Below are positions 58,120 through 64,000 of a DNA stretch of 64,000 bases, piece by piece (the first letter of the stretch is position 1; each line of letters starts with the position of its first letter). Location: the NCBI GenBank assembly GCA_963712115.1, contig CAVQGX010000009.1, positions 1-64,000 of the forward strand, read 5' to 3'. The position numbers and the translations under genes are program-made. The stretch is from an uncultured delta proteobacterium. Its GTDB lineage: Bacteria; Desulfobacterota; Syntrophobacteria; BM002. A model generated the notes under the pieces. That model had not been told where the DNA came from and did no database searches. It saw nothing but the letters and a program-made list of their open reading frames with translations.

Positions 58120-59478
58120 CTAGAAACGATATTCGACCATAGCGGCAATGGAGTTCTGAGTCAGGATTTGACCCTCTAGGTTTATCAATAGCCCCTCAGT
58201 AAGATGGAGGGAAAGGCCGCCGTAGGCGCCGAAGCTGTTTTCCTCTTCCAGGTCGTCTTTATATTCAACCGAGGTGAAAGGGGCTGGTATGTTTTCCAGC
58301 TGCTCACGGTCGGTGTCTTCACGGTAGATGAAATAAGTCGCCCCGAAGTAGAGGGCAAAGCGCTCACGAACAAGGCCTACTTCTCCCTTGCCGGCAAATT
58401 CCCACCAATCGGCTTCTTTGGAAAATTTGTTTCCCCCTGCTGACTGATAGTCGGCTTCCAGCTTGCCTTTATGGTACTCCGCCTGAAGGGCAGAGTAAAA
58501 GCCTCGCATGCTGCCATTTTTTACTTCGAAAAGATTTAGCCGGGCCCCGCCGCCGTAAGCCAAATTGAAGTTGTCCATATCGTCAACGTCATAACAGACA
58601 CCGACATCCGCAAAAAGTCCCAAGAAATCTGTAATTCCGAAGCCAAGGCGCAACATATCCAGGTTCATCTCAGTGTCGAATCTATATTTTTCATTGCCTG
58701 AAACGGAAACGTCTGTTTTTATCGTGCCGCCGTTGGTTGTGATTTCCGTACGCTCGGTTACTTCAGTGTGAACTTCCCGGTAGGTGTGCTGCCAACCAAG
58801 GGAAAACTTGCCCCCAACAACATTCCTGCCGTATCCCCTCCTCTGCCACACCGGTTCCTCCTCGCGAGGTTCTGCTTTGACCTTGACCGGTGGCTTGGCA
58901 GGGGGAGGGGCAGGTGAGACAGGAGGAGGAGCTTTTTTGGCCTCGGCTACCATTACCTTTTGGGGCTGAGCTGTAACTGGTTTTTTTGTAACTGGCGGTT
59001 CCGTCTTTCGAGCCGGCGGTAAAACCGGAGCGGTCTTTTTTTCAATCCTGGGTGCTTTTGCCATGTCCTCCCCTATGGGAGAGTCCTTTCGGTAAATGGC
59101 AGTGTATTTGGCAAACCCTCTCTTCTTCAACTCGTCGCTTTTTATTTTAGCCTGATTATATGTGGAGAAAGGGCCGAGGTAAATTCGATACCAGTATCCC
59201 AGTTTGGGGACCTCCTCCCCCCTTACCACCGCACTGTATCCTTTTTTCTGTAAATCCTTTGCCACCTTAACTGCATTGCTATTCGCTCTAAATGAGCCGA
59301 CATGGATATAATAATAATTATTCTTCGCCTGAACCAAATAGGGGTTTAAGAAGAGCCAAAATGTGGCAGTCAAAATTATTGTAATCCACAGCCGGATTTT
59401 GTCTTGTTTCCTTGGCAAAATTCCGGCCCTTGAATTCTTCCAACAGAACTCTGTCATTTTTGCTCGCTCCATGTCCAT
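58120..59478 (-). CDS. SPOR-domain protein fused to an outer-membrane beta-barrel
   Basis: IHVGSFR..NA, WYRIYLGPF SPOR; Pro/Lys linker; amphipathic strands ending VEYRF; start uncertain. Confidence 0.8.
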   Translation of the reverse strand: MDMERAKMTEFCWKNSRAGILPRKQDKIRLWITIILTATFWLFLNPYLVQAKNNYYYIHVGSFRANSNAVKVAKDLQKKGYSAVVRGEEVPKLGYWYRIYLGPFSTYNQAKIKSDELKKRGFAKYTAIYRKDSPIGEDMAKAPRIEKKTAPVLPPARKTEPPVTKKPVTAQPQKVMVAEAKKAPPPVSPAPPPAKPPVKVKAEPREEEPVWQRRGYGRNVVGGKFSLGWQHTYREVHTEVTERTEITTNGGTIKTDVSVSGNEKYRFDTEMNLDMLRLGFGITDFLGLFADVGVCYDVDDMDNFNLAYGGGARLNLFEVKNGSMRGFYSALQAEYHKGKLEADYQSAGGNKFSKEADWWEFAGKGEVGLVRERFALYFGATYFIYREDTDREQLENIPAPFTSVEYKDDLEEENSFGAYGGLSLHLTEGLLINLEGQILTQNSIAAMVEYRF

Positions 59479-59542
59479 GAAATTCCCAACAAATGGATTA
59501 ATATTTTTGCTTTAATTACCTAGGGGTGTATCAACAAGCTCT

Positions 59543-59559
59543 CGCAATAAGAGTGCCAA
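59543..59559 (-). promoter_or_regulatory. Sigma54 promoter of the SPOR gene
   Basis: TTGGCACTCTTATTGCG consensus; IHF-like TTAAATAGTTA near 59611. Confidence 0.7.
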
Positions 59560-59797
59560 GTTTGCCGATGGTGGGTTTTTCTCAAATCAAAGACTAAAAA
59601 ACATGTAATCTTAAATAGTTAAGATGATGTATGCTGGTTGCTTTGTTGGCAAGGGCTGGAAATGCTGCTACATCTCAAACACTTTAACTGGCTGGCAAGG
59701 ATGGAAGGTCATCTTGACAAGTAAACCTTAAGTGGTCAGTATTAGATATTATTTACTGGGTAAACAGGGCTGAAAGCTAAAAGATGTAGTTTCAACT

Positions 59798-61189
59798 ATG
59801 TCAAACAAGACTAATATCAGTGTTTCTCTTAAGAAGCTAATATGGGACAAAGAGTTGTCAGCTTTTCCCTGGTGGAAGGCTTGGCTCATCAAATCGGTCC
59901 GGATTTGCTATGTTGCGGTGCGGGATGTTGTGGACGGGCAACTCACACTCCGAGCCATGAGTTTGGTATATACCACCTTGCTTGCCCTGGTGCCCTTGCT
60001 TGCCGTTAGCTTTTCCGTGCTCAAAGGCTTTGGAGTGCACAATCAGATAGAACCGCTGTTGCTGAACTTCCTGAGCCCGCTGGGCGAGAGGGGGGTCGAG
60101 ATCAGTTCCAGGATCATAGGGTTTGTGGACAATGTGAAAGCAGGAGTTTTGGGTTCTGTGGGTCTGGCCCTTTTAATCTACACGGTTATCTCACTGATTC
60201 AGAAAATTGAGTCGGCTTTCAATTACACCTGGCGGGTCAAGCGGAGCAGACCACTTGCCCAGAGGTTCAGCGACTACTTGAGCATCATTTTAGTAGGCCC
60301 GGTCCTGATATTCACAGCTCTCGGCATCACAGCCACTCTGACGAGCACGGCCATGGTTCAAATGTTGGTGGCCATTGAGCCCTTCGGGAGTTTTTTGCAG
60401 ATAGGAAGTCATTTGCTGCCCTACCTGTTGATCATTACAGCATTTACCTTCTTTTATATCTTCGTGCCCAACAAGAAAGTTCAACTCATCTCTGCTTTAA
60501 TCGGTGGAACCACAGCAGGGGTTCTTTGGGAGGTTACAGGCTGGGGTTTTGCTTCATTTGTGGCTGCATCTACTAGATACACAGCTATTTATGCGGGTTT
60601 TGCCATCCTCATTATGTTCATGGTCTGGGTGTATTTGAGCTGGCTGATTCTCCTTGTGGGGGCGAACATTGCTTACTATCACCAGCATCCTGAGTCTCTG
60701 ACGCCCGAGCGGCGGAGTCTGCGCCTGAGTAATCGGCTAAAGGAAAGGCTTTCGCTCTTGGTAATGTTCATGGTGGGGCAAAACCACTACCACAACCGCC
60801 CGGAGTGGACTCTGGACGATCTCGCTCAGCAACTGCATGTGCCCGCCGATGTTCTAGAACCCATCATCGAATCCCTTGAAAACAAACGAATACTCGCCAG
60901 TACCGCAACGGATCCCCCAACCTATTTACCCGGGCGGCCCCTGGATACAACGGAAATAAAGGAAGTTCTCCATGCAGTTCGCACAGCCGATGAGGCGCCC
61001 AACGCCAATCTCAACGACCTTCCGGCTGAACTTGTCGTGGACCAAGTGATCAACGATCTCGACCAGGCCGTGGCTAATGAACTCCGGGGTCTTACTGTCA
61101 AAGAGTTCGCCCTTTCAGAACCATCTAAGGTTAACTTGCTTTCTCAAACATCCGAGAGGCAGAAGGCTTCTTCAGATGAAAGTCATTAG
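59798..61189 (+). CDS. YihY/BrkB-family membrane protein with C-terminal HTH
   Basis: YTTLLALVPLLA, IESAFNYTW, YTAIYAGFA..WVYLSWLILLVGA; Rrf2-like tail. Confidence 0.9.
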   Translation: MSNKTNISVSLKKLIWDKELSAFPWWKAWLIKSVRICYVAVRDVVDGQLTLRAMSLVYTTLLALVPLLAVSFSVLKGFGVHNQIEPLLLNFLSPLGERGVEISSRIIGFVDNVKAGVLGSVGLALLIYTVISLIQKIESAFNYTWRVKRSRPLAQRFSDYLSIILVGPVLIFTALGITATLTSTAMVQMLVAIEPFGSFLQIGSHLLPYLLIITAFTFFYIFVPNKKVQLISALIGGTTAGVLWEVTGWGFASFVAASTRYTAIYAGFAILIMFMVWVYLSWLILLVGANIAYYHQHPESLTPERRSLRLSNRLKERLSLLVMFMVGQNHYHNRPEWTLDDLAQQLHVPADVLEPIIESLENKRILASTATDPPTYLPGRPLDTTEIKEVLHAVRTADEAPNANLNDLPAELVVDQVINDLDQAVANELRGLTVKEFALSEPSKVNLLSQTSERQKASSDESH

Positions 61190-61350
61190 ATCCATTGATA
61201 CTGCCATTCCCAAGAAACAAATAGGCCGTATGTTTTGTCCTAATAATATTTCACCTTTTTCCCGCCCCCGCGACCGGTATTTGCCATGGGGGAGGGGAGG
61301 TTAGCTTTTTTGGGGGTTGTGCATTCAGGCTTCAGGAGAGGAGGTCCATT

Positions 61351-61590
61351 ATGAAAAAAATTGCCATAGCAGTCGCTATTGTCGCAGCCCTGGCTTTTGG
61401 AGCCTTGAATTATCACTTTATTTTGCTGGATAGTAATATAAAGATACTGAAGAAAGTGGATTTCACTTTCCAGGATACCTTTGTGGATGCAAGAGGATCT
61501 AAGAAATATAAACTCCTTCTTAACCCCGCCCTGGTAAAAGCCGGAGTGAAAGATCTGTATAAAAGAGAGGGTATCACTATTGGGAAATGA
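61351..61590 (+). CDS. Small membrane-anchored hypothetical protein
   Basis: GGAGG SD, N-terminal TM, YHFI...K......DTFVDARG. Confidence 0.7.
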   Translation: MKKIAIAVAIVAALAFGALNYHFILLDSNIKILKKVDFTFQDTFVDARGSKKYKLLLNPALVKAGVKDLYKREGITIGK

Positions 61591-61833
61591 GGATCTAGCA
61601 AGGGTAACTCAACTGACCCTGCTGCTGCCGTTCTTTAAAACCAGACAAACAATCGGGCCCTTGCCCTCGGCCCTGAGCGACTCGACCTGAGGACTTCGAG
61701 TGAGCCTCAGTCGAACTCCTCGTCGACAGGTCCCGTCGAAGGGCTCCTCAGAATGACACCCAGTTGAAGCATTGCTGGATGGCTACTAACTGGTATTCAC
61801 TTAGATAAAGGAAGGAAGACCAAGGAGGTGAAA

Positions 61834-62046
61834 ATGGCTGAGTTAAAATGCCCACTTTGCGGCTCGAATAGTTTCTATACCAAGGACCCAACAGATCCAT
61901 ATGAAGTCTACGAATTTGATTTGTCAGATGGGAAGGTAGTATTCAGCTCGGAAGTGAATGAATCTGATTTGCCCGAATTTGACGAGGAGACCGAGACATA
62001 CTGCAACAGGTGTGCCTGGCACGACAAACTCAAAACCCTGGGTTAA
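61834..62046 (+). CDS. Small zinc-ribbon protein
   Basis: CPLCG ... YCNRCAWH; AAGGAGG SD. Confidence 0.75.
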   Translation: MAELKCPLCGSNSFYTKDPTDPYEVYEFDLSDGKVVFSSEVNESDLPEFDEETETYCNRCAWHDKLKTLG

Positions 62047-62140
62047 TTAAAATTTCAAATTTAAGATTTCAGATTTAAGATTCAAATACAGATACTAGCT
62101 CTTGAATCTGCAATCTGCATCCTAAAATCTAAAATCGCAA
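62047..62140. repeat. Heptamer foldback element (AATCTAA type)
   Basis: AAGATTTCAGATTTAAGATT ... AATCTGCAATCTGC..AAATCTAAAATC. Confidence 0.65.
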
Positions 62141-62153
62141 AGGAGGTTTCGAC

Positions 62154-62597
62154 ATGAAGAAGATCATGATTGCCTACGACAGCAGGACCGGCAAAACGGA
62201 AAAAATGGCTGAGTCCATTGCAGAAGGAATCCGTATGGCAGGTCACGAGGCGGAAATCAAAAAGATTACCCAGATCAAAAGCGAGGCAGAATTGCAGGGG
62301 TATGATGCATATGTCTTCGGCTCCCCCACCTACCACAGGGACATGATCGGTACGATGAAGACTTTTCTATTCTTGGCCCAAAAGGCAAACCTAGAAGGCA
62401 AACTAGGCGGTGCATTTGGTTCATACACCCATAGCGGAGATGCTCCCGCTATAATTTTCGACACCATGGAGCACGTATTCAAGATGAAAATGACCAATCT
62501 GGGTTCTTTTAATTTGAAGGAAGGCCTTGTTGACGGTGCAGAAGGTTTGCGGGCCTGCCAGGATTATGGAAAGTCCATCTGTGAACAATTGGCTTAG
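62154..62597 (+). CDS. Flavodoxin-domain protein
   Basis: YDSRTGKTEKMA, FGSPTYH, GAFGSY. Confidence 0.9.
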   Translation: MKKIMIAYDSRTGKTEKMAESIAEGIRMAGHEAEIKKITQIKSEAELQGYDAYVFGSPTYHRDMIGTMKTFLFLAQKANLEGKLGGAFGSYTHSGDAPAIIFDTMEHVFKMKMTNLGSFNLKEGLVDGAEGLRACQDYGKSICEQLA

Positions 62598-62650
62598 GAG
62601 ATCGCAGAAACTTTAGATCCAGGCGGATGGTGCATTAAGCCTTGGTGTTA

Positions 62651-62682
62651 GAGCCATGTCCTTTGGGCATGGCTTTATTATT
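62651..62682 (+). terminator. Intrinsic terminator after flavodoxin
   Basis: GAGCCATGTCC-TTT-GGGCATGGCTT followed by T-rich run. Confidence 0.65.
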
Positions 62683-62756
62683 TCGATTGACCGAGGCCCG
62701 TCCCCTGGGCGCACTCAGAGATTCATAGATAGGATCAGAATCACTGACTCAACTTC

Positions 62757-62861
62757 ATTGGAGCATTGGAGTGATTGGAGTAATGGAGTATTGTGAAAGA
62801 CCAAATGAAACTTCCTCTTTCTCAATTCCAACACTCCAACACTCCACTACTCCATTACTCC
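62757..62861. repeat. Octamer foldback element (TGGAGTAT/ACTCCAAC type)
   Basis: ATTGGAGCATTGGAGTGATTGGAGTAATGGAGTATTG ... CCAACACTCCAACACTCCACTACTCCATTACTCC. Confidence 0.75.
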
Positions 62862-62964
62862 TTAAATCCCGTGACTTACGTCCTTTTTGGCACGGGTCGT
62901 GCTAAGTGTACGGGGTTGAAGAGAAAATGATCTGTACATTGATTACAACGGGTTGGAAGTTTAG

Positions 62965-63142
62965 CCCGGATATTTCATGAATCACCTGCTGCGACCACGG
63001 ATATGGATGTCCTTCCTGGCGTCCTCGAGTGTCGGCCCCTGCGACGTACCGTTTAGGTACGCCTCGGAACCAACACCCTGCGGTTGCCAGGTGGCACGAC
63101 CATCTTCGCGGTCTCGCGACAGCAATTCATGAAATATCCGGG
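62965..63142. mobile_element. 178-bp structured MITE, copy 2
   Basis: Perfect 18-bp TIR CCCGGATATTTCATGAAT; flanks TTAG / CTAG. Confidence 0.88.
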
Positions 63143-63160
63143 CTAGGGAGGAATGGAGAA

Positions 63161-64000
63161 TTGAAGATATTAATCAGTCACGTTTCAGACGAGGCCCTGT
63201 TTGCTTTGCTTCTCAAAGACTTTATTGAATCTACCTTCCTCGGGCAATTTGAAGTGTTTCTCAGCAGCAATTCCGGTGAGCGGGGAGTGGGGGATAAATG
63301 GCTGGTGGAAGTCGATGCTTCTCTTAGCAGTGCGGAGCTCCTCTTGGTACTCTGTAGCCCGAAATCGATTCGCCAACCATGGATACACTTTGAATTCGGC
63401 TGCGCCTGGACCAAAAGTATGGCGATTACTTGTATCTGCCACTCGGGGTTGAACAAGGTTGGTCTACCTCCACACCTTCGTACCTTTGATGTGTTGGAGG
63501 TTGAAAATGATGATTTCATGGAGCAACTCTTCAACGACCTGGCAAAGCGATTCGGCATCAAGCGACTCCCAAGGCTCTCCTATGACACCATGAAAGCCGA
63601 GTTGCGCGCTACTCTGGTATCGATTGCATCATCGGCTCAAGCCGGCGACAGAGCAATTCTGACCGCTGATGTATCTGAGGGGCCAGTTGCAGTTAGGACA
63701 GAAGCTGAAACTTCTCCAGCGCGAGGGCAAGTTTATACTGCACCCGTAAAAACTGACACCACAAAGAAGGTTGCTGAGACTCCCCCAGAGATACAACTGG
63801 TTGAGGAAGGGTTGGATGATGAAATAGATGGAACCATAGAAGAGAGATTTAGGGAAAGAAAGGAGACCCCTGAGCCGCAACCTATGTCACGCAGTTCCCC
63901 GGGAGTTGTAATTAAGAAGAAGAAAAAACGTGGCAAGAAGAAAGATGAAACAGCCAAACCGGAGAGCGTACAAAAGAGAGTACTAACGCTCCTTTCGGAA
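63161..64000 (+). CDS. TIR-domain protein, 3'-truncated by the window edge (not in ORF track)
   Basis: TTG start after GGAG; MKILISH..EVFLSS..GDKW..LLVLCSPKSIRQPWIHFEFG; open to 64000. Confidence 0.88.
   Translation, partial: MKILISHVSDEALFALLLKDFIESTFLGQFEVFLSSNSGERGVGDKWLVEVDASLSSAELLLVLCSPKSIRQPWIHFEFGCAWTKSMAITCICHSGLNKVGLPPHLRTFDVLEVENDDFMEQLFNDLAKRFGIKRLPRLSYDTMKAELRATLVSIASSAQAGDRAILTADVSEGPVAVRTEAETSPARGQVYTAPVKTDTTKKVAETPPEIQLVEEGLDDEIDGTIEERFRERKETPEPQPMSRSSPGVVIKKKKKRGKKKDETAKPESVQKRVLTLLSE

Noticed and set aside
63178-63957. Short ORFs listed in the track at the right edge
   Set aside because: Shadows of the TIR-domain reading frame starting at 63161

Overview
Bacterial chromosomal window. 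Gene content points to an anaerobic deltaproteobacterium (Desulfobacterota-like); this is inferred from the sigma54 regulons, multiheme cytochromes, TRAP/OadBG genes and IHF. 0-16.5 kb holds two two-component systems around a sigma54-driven operon: a solute-binding protein (frameshifted), TRAP dctP-dctQ (frameshifted)-dctM, Usp, a cNMP-domain protein, and Na+-decarboxylase gamma and beta subunits. 16.5-24.4 kb is accessory: a complete IS1380-family element with a TTAA duplication, a TenA_E/TenA_C thiamine-salvage pair, a complete IS110/IS1111-type element and two SDRs. The most interesting feature is the ~450-nt non-coding end of that IS110. It contains three tandem copies of a bridge/seek-RNA-like loop unit whose variable segments match both insertion junctions. 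The IS sits in a 33-bp palindromic site that has an empty second copy on the other side of the tenA pair. The rest includes two divergent multiheme cytochromes, ihfA, a stand-alone mreB, an orphan TPP riboswitch, a catalytically altered Mesh1/SAH-type HD fusion and an S1/P1-type nuclease with a phased repeat array. It also has a tRNA-Val(CAC) lacking its 5' acceptor strand, a DUF47-PiT operon, two copies of a 178-bp structured MITE, many heptamer/octamer foldback elements, and a TIR-domain ORF running off the right edge that the ORF track misses. No CRISPR array, rRNA or integrase was seen. All family calls are by motif recognition; no database search was run.
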